Program-made: the position numbers and the translations under genes
The notes under the pieces: model-generated
What the model saw: only the letters and a program-made list of their open reading frames with translations
Told to the model about the DNA's origin: nothing
Databases searched by the model: none
Part shown: positions 1-10,915 of the stretch, in pieces
Position numbering within the stretch: the first letter of the stretch is position 1
How the letters are laid out: each line of letters opens with the position of its first letter
Origin: Rhodobacterales bacterium
Lineage (GTDB): Bacteria > Pseudomonadota > Alphaproteobacteria > Rhodobacterales > CAZPXZ01
Length of the DNA stretch: 64,000 nucleotides
Direction of reading: 5' to 3'
Assembly: GCA_965219495.1 (NCBI GenBank)
Contig: OZ244777.1
Location: 4,150,419-4,214,418 of the forward strand

Positions 1-352
1 CCAACTCTCCTATGGCCGGAGATCCGGTTCTTGAGGCATACAAGGCTAGACAGGTCTTTGGTTCCACATACGGACAGGGTAGTCGCGCCGCTCGGGCCGT
101 TCCGAAGCGGGTGGAACACGTTCAGGTGAAGATCGTGATCGCTTTGAAGGAGCCTTCGCATCAGCATCTCGTTGCACATTCGAGGATCGATGCCGAGCAT
201 TAATCACCGTCTCGCCTGCCGCCGCCAGGATTGCGGACAACGACGCCTTGATCCCCTATGGAGGCTGCACGGAAATGGTAAGTCGTAGCAGCGCTAGGCG
301 CGCGTACAGTCTCTGGCCCTAGCAGCTGGCTTACGAAAGTGCAGTTTGTAAA

Positions 353-1054
353 CTAAGCGCTAATTTCATGTGATGCGCGTGCGAGGGCCCGTGCATCTTC
401 GGCGAGGAGATCCAAGTGTCCTCCCATCGCACGTGACGCATCATCAGAGTCGTTCTGCTCAATCGCATTGAGGATAGCCTCGTGCTCGTCAATGGATTCT
501 TCGACACGTCCGGGCCTGAAAGTAATCAACCTTCGGTAGGGTGCAAGGCGTTTATCAAGGGCCATAATCGTTTCGTACAGTACGGAGTTGTGCGCCATGG
601 CGTAGATTTGTTCATGGAAAACCCGGTTCGCTGTAAAGAAGATCCCCGGGTCCTTTCTCTTTGCTGCATCCTTGCACTTCTTGTGTGCATTCCTAAGAGC
701 CGGTAGGTCCTCGCCCGTAGCTCGGCGAGCTGCTTGGGACGCCGCAAAAGCTTCCAGCATTGCCATCAACTCGAACATTTCCATGATTTTGTCTAACGCC
801 GGGCTAGCGACGAAAACGCCCGCATGAGGCCGAATGACCACCAGCCTTGCCGTGGCAAGGCCCTTCAAAGCCTCGCGGATCGGCGTGCGAGACACACCGA
901 AGCGCTGCGCCAGCCTCGATTCGTCCAAGCGCTCACCAGCACTGAACTCCCCCTGGACAATGGCCGTCTCGATGCGCTCTTGAAGTTCCAGTGCCTGAGT
1001 CTTTCCTTTCGTCGACAGAGGCTTGGAAGTGGAAAACCTTTCCGCTGTTGCCAT
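353..1054 (-). CDS. GntR family transcriptional regulator (FCD domain)
   Basis: 233 aa; wHTH RLDESRLAQRFGVSRTPIREAL; FCD-type C-terminus (NRVFH...EHEAILNAI). Confidence 0.95.
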   Translation of the reverse strand: MATAERFSTSKPLSTKGKTQALELQERIETAIVQGEFSAGERLDESRLAQRFGVSRTPIREALKGLATARLVVIRPHAGVFVASPALDKIMEMFELMAMLEAFAASQAARRATGEDLPALRNAHKKCKDAAKRKDPGIFFTANRVFHEQIYAMAHNSVLYETIMALDKRLAPYRRLITFRPGRVEESIDEHEAILNAIEQNDSDDASRAMGGHLDLLAEDARALARASHEISA

Positions 1055-1751
1055 CTACTGACTACTCCATGCATGCCTGATCTCCCGGGCTGATTGACTT
1101 TGGGCAAAGAATGCCGGACAGCACTGATTGCTGCTGCAGAGAAATGAAAAAAGTCCGCCCACGTCCCATTCTTGCAAATTGTTGGGCGACCTCCCAGGCT
1201 CTGTAGCGTTAACCAAGTTCCGTAGCAAAAGCATCCAAACGATTACCCCGTTCCTGATCGTTACATGCCTACCCGCTACGAAGTCCAAGAACCGGCCGAC
1301 CCTCCCAAGCAACCGGAACTTACCTTCTTGACCTCTTCAGGCAACATCAGCCAAGCCAGACCAGCACAACAATTGGATTCAAGGCAAGTTTTCTTGCATG
1401 AATCAGACATGGCGACGCGATGCAGTTTGACCAAATCGGTTTGGCCGGAGGTTTCTGTCAAAACAGCACAGATCATTGGACAACATATACAAAAAAGAAC
1501 TTGCTGTATGCGATCGTTCGAATTTTTCGGCCGAACATGGAGCCATCAACTCGTATGCGAAATTCGAAACTGACCGCTCGGGATCGAACGTAATTCGAGC
1601 CGCCAATCAGCATGGCTTTCGGCAATTGCTCTTGCTGTACGTGAACTTTGAAGGCATTCGAACGGCAAGACTTGCAGCCGAGGAAAGCAGAGCGGAAATA
1701 GCGGACCGCCTCCAAGACTGATCGGAAGTCACCTCCCCAGCCCTATTGCAT

Positions 1752-2063
1752 TCAGCCATCCGGGAAGGCGTCCGATACAATGTCCAGAGGCACTGGCCGT
1801 GCAGATATACGCGGTTGATTGAACAGGAGTTGCTTGCCTTCTGCGCCGAGATGATCTGCTAGTGCTGGCGCAGCGGCGTCACCACAGAAACGTCCTCGGC
1901 AGCGACCCATTTCAGCCCGGGGCCAGAGTTTGATGCCGTAGAGCCCATTCGCTCCATCTTCCGAGGCAGTCCACATGTCTCGCCAGGTAACCTCCTCGCA
2001 ACGACAGACATGCGCTTGGGAAGCATTTTGTCCGATGATTTTTGGAATCATGAGCCGGAACAA
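1752..2063 (-). pseudogene. C-terminal remnant of HcnB/OoxA-like FAD oxidoreductase (BFD-like 2Fe-2S domain)
   Basis: VCRCEEVT...MGRCRGRFCG...PRISARPVPL matches the C-terminus of opine-oxidase A/HcnB-like proteins; the FAD domain is missing. Confidence 0.7.
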
Positions 2064-2233
2064 CGGAATTGTTGCTGTCCCAATCGGCTTGGTCGATCCA
2101 GCACAGCAATCAGATCAACGGCAATCACTATTGCATAGCATGATCGAGAGAACGCGATGCAGTGCGGTTCCAATACTATACCACAGACACACCAAATCAT
2201 TGTCAAGTCATACGATTTCGATCGTATTGAACA

Positions 2234-2446
2234 CTATACATTGCGCCCGGTTCTTGATTTTGAGGCTGTTGCCTCGCATCCGACAATTGAAACTGACGCC
2301 ACTCGAAATTCCCTGCCGCACCCGGAAAGTCCCCTCGGTCCCATACGCCTGATCAGAAATCGATTGCCCGCTACCGCTTGGCCGGACGTAATTTGGCGTG
2401 GAGGTAGAACCAATGGTGGCGGCCGCTTCAGAGAGCATTGTATCAA
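2234..2446 (-). pseudogene. Possible degenerate HcnA/OoxB-like 2Fe-2S subunit remnant
   Basis: MGPRGLSGCG...SIVG..ASKSRT loosely resembles the GPRGxFCGMG..C...DG...RAC motif; lies directly upstream of the HcnB-like remnant. Confidence 0.35.
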
Positions 2447-2629
2447 CCTAACTCAGTCGTTTGTGACAGAAGGCGAGCGCCACGGGGAAATTGGACATAT
2501 CCCGCGCGATTTGAATGCACCAAAGCACACGACGAAGAGATCACGACGAAGAGATCATGCTTTGAACCGAACAGGCTTCCCAGGCTATTCGGACGTTAGA
2601 TCTCATCATGAAGTCGTATGTTGAGTGGG

Positions 2630-4024
2630 CTAGTCCGGCCGACTCTCCTTGACCCATGTGTAGGTTTCATCGAGAGTGTTCTCGAACCTTTCGCAAATCT
2701 CGTCGATCTGACCCTCAGTTGTGATCAGCGGGGGTGTTATCGCCATGGAATCATCTGCGAGAGGACGTACAATCAATCCGTGTTTCAGGCCATACTCGGA
2801 GCACCTGTGGCCGACCATTGAAGATGGCGCGAAGTTCGTGTGACGGGACGAAGACTTGTCCTTGACAAGTTCGATGCCGGCCAGCATACCCACTCCCCGC
2901 ACCTCACCGACTAACGGATGGTTCACCAACTCGGCCAGGCGATGCTGCATGTAATCGCCTATGCGCGCAGCATGAGAAATGATGTTTCGCTCCTCATAGA
3001 TCTTGATCGTCTCCAATGCCACTGCTGCCGTTACAGGATGAGCGGACGACGTAAAGCCCGTTCCAAGCACACCAAATTGGTCCCCTCCCGTTTTCAGACC
3101 CTCATAAATCCCATCGGAAATCAGCACGCTGGAAATCGGCAGATAAGCTGAGGAAAGCTGCTTGGCCAAAATCATGACATCAGGCGTGATACCGAAAGTT
3201 TCCGAGCCGAACAAATTGCCTGTCCGGCCAAACCCGCAGATCACTTCGTCTGCAACCATCAAGACATCGTGCTTCCTTAGAACTTCTTGCACTCTCTCGA
3301 AATAGGATTCCGGCGGGACGATCATTCCGCCGGCGGCAATTGCCGGTTCGGCAAAGAAGGCTGCGACGGTCTCTGGCCCTTCGTCTTCAATGAGCTTGTC
3401 AATTTGTAGCGCCAGACGACTTGCAAAGTCCTGTTCACTCTCTCCTTCTCGTCCCCCATGATAATAGTGTGGTGTCTCAACATGCAGGAACTCAGGAAGC
3501 GGAATGCCAAAACCATTGTGAGCAGACGGTATTCCGGTCATACTGGCCGTTACGGTCGTCGTTCCGTGATACCCCTTGATATGAGTGATGATCTTCCGTT
3601 TCTGCGGCATGCCCCGCGCAGTGTTATGGTACCAAATGAGCTTCACCGCAGTATCATTCGCTTCAGAACCCGAACTCGCAAAGTATGCTTTTGAAAGTGG
3701 CTCTGGCGCCATGTTTATTAGCTGTTCCGCAAGGCGAATGGCCGGTCCGTTAGCAAGGTGGTTAAAGCTGTGGTGGTAGGCGAGCTTCTTCATTTGATCG
3801 CACGCCGCCTCAATCAACCGATCTTCTCCCCACCCAAGACTGACGCATGACAAAGCTGCCACGCACTCCAGATATCGATTGCCGGCATTGTCGAAGACGT
3901 AGATTCCCTCACCTCGCTCAATGATCATCGGCCCGACTTCTTCATGGTGCCGCGGATTCGTGAAAGGATGCAAGCTAAAGGTTATGTCTTTGGACTGCAG
4001 AGAGTTAGGAGCACTGCGGTTCAT
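2630..4024 (-). CDS. Class III PLP aminotransferase (omega-amino acid/polyamine transaminase type)
   Basis: 464 aa; SGSEANDTA, DEVICGFGRTG, Schiff-base region LAKQLSSAYLP, GEVRGVGMLAGIEL. Confidence 0.95.
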   Translation of the reverse strand: MNRSAPNSLQSKDITFSLHPFTNPRHHEEVGPMIIERGEGIYVFDNAGNRYLECVAALSCVSLGWGEDRLIEAACDQMKKLAYHHSFNHLANGPAIRLAEQLINMAPEPLSKAYFASSGSEANDTAVKLIWYHNTARGMPQKRKIITHIKGYHGTTTVTASMTGIPSAHNGFGIPLPEFLHVETPHYYHGGREGESEQDFASRLALQIDKLIEDEGPETVAAFFAEPAIAAGGMIVPPESYFERVQEVLRKHDVLMVADEVICGFGRTGNLFGSETFGITPDVMILAKQLSSAYLPISSVLISDGIYEGLKTGGDQFGVLGTGFTSSAHPVTAAVALETIKIYEERNIISHAARIGDYMQHRLAELVNHPLVGEVRGVGMLAGIELVKDKSSSRHTNFAPSSMVGHRCSEYGLKHGLIVRPLADDSMAITPPLITTEGQIDEICERFENTLDETYTWVKESRPD

Positions 4025-4100
4025 TGTGTACCTCTATTGTCTATTGATCGGTCATGCCCTGAAGGGCCGCACGCATCCCCAATTCTCGTATTCATTGCGA

Positions 4101-5615
4101 TCACCCATAGCGCGTTCCGCCGCCGAACCAATCATCAAAATCAGGCTCTGTTCGCACTACAATGCTGCGCTTGCGCATATAGCTTTTGAGCGCATCCCAG
4201 CCGTTCTCCTTGCCATAACCACTGGCTCCAAACCCTCCCCAGATGGATCGGGGATCGTTCTTGTGGTGATCATTGATCCACATAACGCCCGAGCGTAACC
4301 GATTGGCGACACGATGTGCGCGAGTGACATCTCGTGTCCAGAGCGCCGCGCCCAGGGCGTATTCACTATTGTTCGCGATCGTGAGTGCCTCCTCCTCTGT
4401 CTTGAAAGGTGTGACAGAGACCACCGGGCCAAATATCTCGTTTTGAAATAGCGCCATATCCTGTGACACGTCGGCAAAGACTGTTGGCTCGACGTAATTC
4501 CCCTTGTCGAAGGGCGCAGGCATTTCAGGTCGCCCACCTCCCGCCACACAGCGCGCTCCCGCTGCGCGGGCCTCTGCGATTGCTTCCAAGCAACGCTCTA
4601 GCGAACTTGCGGATATAACTGGACCCATATCTGTTTCGGGGTCAGCCGGGTCCCCAAGTCGGATCGCTTTCGTGCGTTCAGCGAATAGTGCAACAAATTC
4701 TTCGTAGACTGGCTCTTCGACAATAAACCGCGTACCGGAAACACATGTCTGTCCCGCAGCAACGAATGCTGAAAAGACTGCCCCTGCGGCGGCCTCTTCA
4801 AGAGGTGTATCACCAAAGATCACAACGGGGGCCTTTCCACCCAATTCCAAGCTACAGGGGACCAGACGCTCGGCCGCGCGCGAAGCAACATGGCGACCCG
4901 TTGTGGTCCCTCCGGTCAAGTCAATGCGTGAGACCAGAGGATGGTCGCAAAGTGCCGTTCCAGCCACTGGCCCACCCGTTACAACATTGACAACGCCGGC
5001 CGGAAGTTCAGCCTCTGCAGCCCAGCTTGAGAGAAGCAACGGTGTTACAGGCGCCTGCGATGAGGGCTTCACGACACAGGTATTGCCAGCAGCAAGCGCT
5101 GCCGAGAGTTTCTTGATCAGAATAAGAACTGGATGATTCCAAGGCGTCAGCAACGCGCAGACACCGAGTGGTTCGTAACGGGTCAGTGTTAGGAACCCAC
5201 CTTTAACGTTGTTGGCTTCGGCTTCCAGCCCAACAGCAATTGAGGCAAAGTATTCGAGCCACTCCGGAACGCGGGCAAGCTGCGCCCGCATCTCCCGGAT
5301 CGGCCTCCCTGTGACCGCGGTTTCGAGCTCCACCAGCTCGTTCATGTGCTGCCTGACGACATCCGCAAAAGCGCGAAGATATCGGGCACGGTCAAAGGGA
5401 TCGAGGACGGACCATGTACTTAGGGCTTTGTCAGCTGCCCGAACGGCTGCGTCCACCACGCTCGGCCCGGCTTTTGGGACTGTCGCTAGATGGCCACCGT
5501 GGGCAGGCGAGCAAACTTCGATCACGGAATCCACTTCCGGCTCATACCAAAGCCCACCGACATGAATCTGGCGCGAAGGTACGGAACACCCCGCCGCCGC
5601 CAGTATCTCAGCCAT
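4101..5615 (-). CDS. Aldehyde dehydrogenase
   Basis: PWNHP, GGTTTG, LELGGK, catalytic GQTC, EIFGPV; ATG at 5615 (MAEILAA) preferred over 5657. Confidence 0.95.
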   Translation of the reverse strand: MAEILAAAGCSVPSRQIHVGGLWYEPEVDSVIEVCSPAHGGHLATVPKAGPSVVDAAVRAADKALSTWSVLDPFDRARYLRAFADVVRQHMNELVELETAVTGRPIREMRAQLARVPEWLEYFASIAVGLEAEANNVKGGFLTLTRYEPLGVCALLTPWNHPVLILIKKLSAALAAGNTCVVKPSSQAPVTPLLLSSWAAEAELPAGVVNVVTGGPVAGTALCDHPLVSRIDLTGGTTTGRHVASRAAERLVPCSLELGGKAPVVIFGDTPLEEAAAGAVFSAFVAAGQTCVSGTRFIVEEPVYEEFVALFAERTKAIRLGDPADPETDMGPVISASSLERCLEAIAEARAAGARCVAGGGRPEMPAPFDKGNYVEPTVFADVSQDMALFQNEIFGPVVSVTPFKTEEEALTIANNSEYALGAALWTRDVTRAHRVANRLRSGVMWINDHHKNDPRSIWGGFGASGYGKENGWDALKSYMRKRSIVVRTEPDFDDWFGGGTRYG

Positions 5616-5982
5616 CGCTGAACCCCCGGGGGACACGCGCCAGCACTTGCGCGGCAATATCGAGAGTCTCTGACTTCGCTCTTGTGCTGCAATCAGTCAC
5701 GGGCTTCTCCTGACCTTGCTTCATTTCACCGATCAATCCCGCATGTCGGGTCTTGCTCCGAAGTTTCGGATTGTGCACTACTAAAACCATCTTGTGTACA
5801 ATCTATGGACTCCGGTCAAGCCCCTATGCACGCAGGAAATGGGCAAATGCTGCGGCGAGTTCCGAAATAGGACCGAAGTGAAGAGCTGTTCCTTCCGTTT
5901 GTTGCCTCCGGGCCAACTTGTAGTCCGACTCGGCTTCCTGGAAAGGCGCGACGCCAATATTTCGCGACGAAATGCGCCCTCT

Positions 5983-6100
5983 TGCGAGTTCAGCCGGTCG
6001 CTGCAACACAAGCATTGAATCGCACTGCTGGTGTTTCGAAGTCTAATGTCTTCCTCGGCGTCCAACGGTTGTTGCACCACATCTTTGCCAGCGCAGATAC
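5983..6100 (-). mobile_element. IS30-family 3' end remnant
   Basis: Minus strand reads NNRWTPRKTLDFETPAVRFNACVAATG*, the typical IS30 transposase C-terminus, followed by TGAACTCGCA. Confidence 0.7.
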
Positions 6101-6131
6101 GCTGCAATGAGGTTTGAGGTCGTCTCTGGCA

Positions 6132-6458
6132 TTAGCCATCCGACTCGCCATCGGCGATGCCTGACAGTTTGACCGGAGGCCGGTCGGGGAACCTCGCGAT
6201 GAGCGAGAGGCGGCCGCCCATGGCCTCGACTGTCCTGCGCAGCGTCGAGAGCAGTAGATCGCTGCGCTGCTCGAGCCGCGAGACGCCGTCCTGGCTGATG
6301 CCCGACTCGCGCGCGACGCTGACTTGGGTGAGCTGGCGGGCTTCGCGCAGTTCGCGCAGCGTCATCTCCTCGGCGATGAGCTCCGCGGCTAGGTCCTCGA
6401 CCTTGCGGCGCTCGGCGAGGTCGAGCCCCGCGATCACGTCTTCAGCATTCAAAGCCAT
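6132..6458 (-). CDS. XRE-family HTH antitoxin (HigA-like)
   Basis: 108 aa; TLRELREARQLTQ...QDGVSRLEQRSDLLLSTL; ATG overlaps the toxin TGA (TGATG). Confidence 0.9.
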   Translation of the reverse strand: MALNAEDVIAGLDLAERRKVEDLAAELIAEEMTLRELREARQLTQVSVARESGISQDGVSRLEQRSDLLLSTLRRTVEAMGGRLSLIARFPDRPPVKLSGIADGESDG

Positions 6459-6819
6459 CACGACTCTCTTTCCTTCGCAAGCTGGGTGAGGCGCCGGTCG
6501 AATCGTTCGTCGGCCTTGCGGATGAGCGCGCGGTAGAAGCGTCTGGCTCCGCCGCCCGACTTGTCGCCTGTAACGAGCAGGACGGGGCGATGCGCGCAGG
6601 ATCGAAGGCGAACCCCCACTCCCCATCCGCCGCGCTGCACCGCATCTCCTTCATGTTGGTATGCCGCGAGCCGTTCAGTGTGTCCACTCGCGGTCGTCCC
6701 GATTGCCGTCCGAACTGCCGCAGGAGGCGCGACAGGGCGAGGATCGTCCCTCGCACGTCCTGCGGCAAACCGAAAAATTCAGGCTCGAACTCCTCGGCGA
6801 TCTCGACCCGCCGGCGCAT
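6458..6819 (-). pseudogene. RelE/HigB (Gp49-like) toxin, frameshifted
   Basis: GRPRVDTLNGSRHTNMKEMR...FAFDPAR in one frame, LLVTGDKSGG...FYRALIRKADERF in another; shift near 6595. Confidence 0.85.
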
Positions 6820-7254
6820 GGGCTCAATATGTAATGCTCGACATATGAATTCAAGACAAATTCCAAGACCTCCATACTGTGATTGGTTGAAGTGGGCGCC
6901 CCGGACGGCGGTTGCGAATTCGGAGGCGACCAGGTGCAGACCGGCCGGAGTCCTGGGCGGAAGCGTCGTCGCGGTCGCCGTTCTCGGTCCGGTCCGGGGC
7001 GTCGTCGAGAAGGCGTGCGGCATCGCGCAGCGTTGCCGCTCGGTCGCGTAGTTTGCGTACGCTCACGAAGGGTGCGGGTGGGCGATCGGAGCCGGCCGTC
7101 TACGACACCCCACCGCGAGAGCCGGGCGAGTCCCGGCGAGCACGTCGGAGAGCGCCCGGGCGGGGGCGCCGCGGAGCGCCCTGGTCACAATGCGGTCCTT
7201 CGGAAGCGGGCGGCATCGCAACGGCCGCAAAGCCCCACGCCGGGCTGAGAGGAT

Positions 7255-8071
7255 GTCCGGCAGCGCCGGCCGGGACTTCGCGCCAAAGCGCGCGGAATGC
7301 CGGAAGCGGACAGCCTCCGGCTGACGTCATGCGCTTCGCTGGCTCGCGCAATCACGACCCCGACAGACCGCATCGTCGGCGCAGGGCCGGCAGAAAGGAG
7401 CGTCCAGCAACCGCCGGCCCGCAGCGAAGGGAAATGCCGATGACGGCAGAGCCAACAACGCCGCCGCCAGGAACAACCCCCCAGCCCGGTCGAACCAGCG
7501 CCCGCGAATGCCGCCCGAACGCGCCCAGAGTGATCAGGCCGCAAAATCGCCGGTGGAAATGGCGCGACCCTCCGTCGCACGCCGGAACCGGCCCCGCACC
7601 GGCCGAACACCCTGCCGGGGGCGGATCGAAACCCGGCACGACCGAGCGCCCGACCGGCAGACATGCCGACCTGCCCCCAAGCCGCCACATCCAAGTCATC
7701 CGAGGTCCCTTCCCAACAGTGGAACCACCGAGTTCCGTGAATCCGGCTACGCCTCATCCACTAACCGGGTCCGGAGCAAACCAACACCGGCAGGCACGGT
7801 CCCACCGAATTGCACTCGCCTCAGGGAGAGCTGATGCGGGATCGTGCCCGGTCCGCGCCGCGACGGCCGGGGCGCATTAACGCGCCGCCAGACCGGCGTT
7901 CAACCCGGTCCGGCAGACCTTGCCCATTCAGGAAACAACACCCTGGACTGCACGCACGGATAGTGGGACCGCGCAGCGATCAATCGTCATCTCGCCTCGA
8001 GTCCATGGACGCAAAATGCGCCAGGTAAGTCGCCACCGAAAAGTTCGGCATGATAGTTGTCGCTGGTGGCC
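7255..8071 (+). repeat. ~820-bp non-coding repeat, copy 1 (diverged inverted copy at 56465-59790)
   Basis: Shared collinear blocks: GGAAGCGGACAGCC, GTGATCAGGCCGC..TCGCCGGTGGAAATG, CGAGTTCCGTGAA.CCGGCTACGCCTCATCCAC, GGCATGATAGTTGTCGCTGGTGGCCA. Confidence 0.8.
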
Positions 8072-8226
8072 AACGTAATTGACGCTTGTATGGACTAGCG
8101 GAAAACGGTGCAGGGAACTCGCTAGCGTGTTTCGCGCCAAAATACCTGAAAATATGTCCGCAACTCCGTTTCATCGGGGTAATTTTCAAATCCGGGTCAT
8201 CGAGAAACGGTTCGACTCGGCAGGCG

Positions 8227-8564
8227 TCACCCTGCAGCGCGGCTCAGAACTTCTTCGGCCCACTGGTTCAGGCTCTTGCCAGACAGTTCCGCCGCAAGCG
8301 CAGCCTTGCGATGAACGTCGGGACTGACACGAAACATCATCTGCCCCGAGTAAGATTTCTGGGGCTCCTTGCCGATCTTGGCGCAGGTTTGGATACAGTC
8401 GTCAACAGCATCGCGAAAGGCTGCCAGAAGAGCTTCAACGTTATCTGCGTGAAAACCGACGCCGTCGCGGATGCCGGCTATCCGTCCGGTGAAAATCCTT
8501 TCCTTTCTTCGTCGTCATAGCCGATACGAGCGGAGTAACCCTTGTACGTCATTGTGTTCATCAT
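8227..8564 (-). pseudogene. hicB: HicB antitoxin, frameshifted by a 5-bp duplication
   Basis: MMNTMTYKGYSARIGYDDEER then IFTGRIAGIRDGVGFHADNV...YSGQMMFRVSPDVHRKAALAAELSGKSLNQWAEEVL in the shifted frame; AAAGG duplicated near 8495-8505. Confidence 0.9.
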
Positions 8565-8804
8565 GGCGCGTGACTCCAATTCTCTCCAGAATCGTGCGGG
8601 CGGCGCGAACCTGGTAGCGCTTCGCCTCCTTTGCGGGATGCGGGCGGTAAAACGTCTCAGCCTCGCGATCCTTCGCGATCCCCGGCCTTCGATCAACCAC
8701 GCGCCTGCGGCAATGAGCAGCGCTTCCTCCGCCGGCCATTCGACGGCGCCGGAAACCGGATCACGAAAGACAAGTTCCAGTGTCTCGCGATGTTTGCCCC
8801 GCAT
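8565..8804 (-). pseudogene. hicA: HicA toxin, frameshifted
   Basis: MRGKHRETLELVFRDPVSG.VEW...EGRGSR, then FYRPHPAKEAKRYQVRAAR in another frame. Confidence 0.85.
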
Positions 8805-9610
8805 ATGGGAACCTTGGCAGATGCTTGCAATATCTGCAAGCGCAGTTCTTGGCACCCGGCTGACGCAGCCACGGCCCGACATCGCGTCCGAACCGTTCGG
8901 ACTCCTGCGCTTTCTCCGGCTTCCGGATTGGCTGCCAACGGAAATCCTGCGCTTCCTTTGTGCGCTCCGTGTCCCTTCCGGGCAGCAGTTCCCTCTCGCC
9001 GAACTTGACCTTCTCCTGTCCGACCGCTTGGAGTTCCGCCATCTGCTCGCCTGTGATGGCCTCCAGACGTATTCGCAGTACCGGATCGTCCCCTTGCCGT
9101 TGATGAAGAATGAAATACTCGCAGCCGCCTTTGTTTCGTGCGTGCTTTCCACCGCCCAATTCACGGCTTCCTTCCATACGTGCGGGCAAACGCAACCATG
9201 CTCCGTCTTGGTCGCGTCGGACTTCCGCTTCAATCTGTCGCCGAAACCCAACGCGCTCGCAATTCTGATCGTGCTCTTGAATATACTGACCTTGTTTGTC
9301 AACGAGTTGTTCCTCCGCCGTGCGATTCGGCGGCGAACAGGCACTGTCCCGCGTTCGTCTGCTGCGCAGCGCAGAGCGGCGTAGGGACCGCGCAGGGGAA
9401 AACCGGGCCGTGCTCAGGAAGAGGCGCGTTATCCGATCTTCCATTCTCCATGAATTCGGAGTTTCGGCAGCACGCGGCGGGATGCGGAAAACCTGCCGAA
9501 CGATTTCCGCGACGAACTGCAATGCGGGCTGGCGCAGGCCGAAGGGCGCGCCGGGCCAAGCCGGGTCAGTTGCCCTTCTGCTCTCCCGTTGGACGGACGT
9601 TCTCTGAGTT

Positions 9611-10860
9611 TTGGTCGTGCCGCGGGAGAATTGCCTGGAGCGATACGCTGGGGCGTTTGTGTTCAATCCGATGGTTCTTCCGGGTGCGGATTTTGGTTCC
9701 AGCCAATTGCGAATGCTGAACCTCTCCGTCGTCAAGGGTGCGCAAAGACTGATCGGTTCGTTGCCGGGCTATTGTCCTACGCCCTTGGTTTCCTTGCCGG
9801 GGCTTGCAACGGAAGCGCAGGTCGCGAGTCTCTTCTACAAGGATAAAAGCAATCGCTTCGGGTTCGAAGCTTCAAGCCCCGTGAAGGCACCTACGCGGTC
9901 GCGCGCATGCTCTTGCGGGAGCTGTCGAGAATTACGGGAAAGATCGATATCGAATGCGCTCACCTGCTAGACGGGCGCTTCCGGGAAGATGCGGCTCGAA
10001 TTGCGGTCACGGCTGCGACCGATGGCAATCACGGCCGGTCCGTCGCCTGGGGGTGTCGATGTTCGGCTGCCGCGCCGTCATATTCATCAACGAAGCCGTC
10101 AGCCGGGGCCGTGAGAGCACGATCCGGCACTATGGCGCCGAAGTGCGCCGCAATCCCGGGAACTTCGACGACGCGGTTCGAACGGCGGTGGCGACCGCGA
10201 AAGCGAAGGGGTGGCATGTCATATCCGACACTTCGATGAGCCTGACGGAGGAAGTCCCCTCGATGTCACCCGGGATTACGCCGTGATGGCCGCCGAAACG
10301 ATTGAACAACTGCCTGATGGGGAGCCGCCCACGCATATCTTCTTGCAGGCTGGCGTGGGCGGAATGGCCGCGGCGAGTTCCGCGCAATTCTGGCTGCGTT
10401 TCGGAGGGAGGCACCCGACGACGGTGCTCGTCGAGCTCGGAACTCGGCGTGCTGGTTCGAGAGCCTGAAAGCGCGTCGCCCGGTGGTTATCGGCGGGGAT
10501 CTTGAAACCGTAATGGGCGGGCTGGCTTGTGGGGAGATTTCGTGCATCGCGTGGGAAATACTCTCGGTCGGCACCCATGCGATGATCAAGATCCGGGACG
10601 AGGACGCTTGCGATTGCGTGTGCTTGCCGGTGGAAGGACGATAGGGCGATACGCAGATTGTCGGCGGGGAATCCGGAGTCGCCGGTTTGACGGGATTTCT
10701 GGCGGCGGCGGCGAATGGCGGCATGCGAGAGGCGCTCGGAATAAACGAAGAGATCCGTGTCGTCGTGTTTGGAACCGAAGGAGCGACCGATCCGGAGACC
10801 TACGCCAGGATTACCGGTGTCCGGCCGCAATTCCTGAAAGGGCAACCGATTCGGAAATCC
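9611..10860 (+). pseudogene. dpaL: Diaminopropionate ammonia-lyase, multiply frameshifted
   Basis: YCPTPLVSLPGLA..KDKSNRFG; ATDGNHGRSVAWG; THIFLQAGVGGMA; GLACGE; FGTEGATDPETY spread over several frames; end approximate. Confidence 0.9.
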
Positions 10861-10915
10861 CGCAAGGTAGCCTCGGAGATCGAGCCCACTCTCTTTCCGC
10901 AATCGGAGTTGGCAG

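Noticed and set aside
1-350. Short ORFs, including a minus-strand frame running off position 1
   Set aside because: No recognisable motif; truncated by the window edge
1100-1750. Short ORFs upstream of gntR
   Set aside because: Possibly a decayed gene, but no family could be recognised in any frame
6912-7880. 322-aa Pro/Arg-rich ORF
   Set aside because: Low-complexity reading of the GC-rich repeat; not preserved in the second copy
8761-9735. Overlapping 190-320 aa ORFs
   Set aside because: No motifs; mutually overlapping frames typical of spurious ORFs in GC-rich DNA
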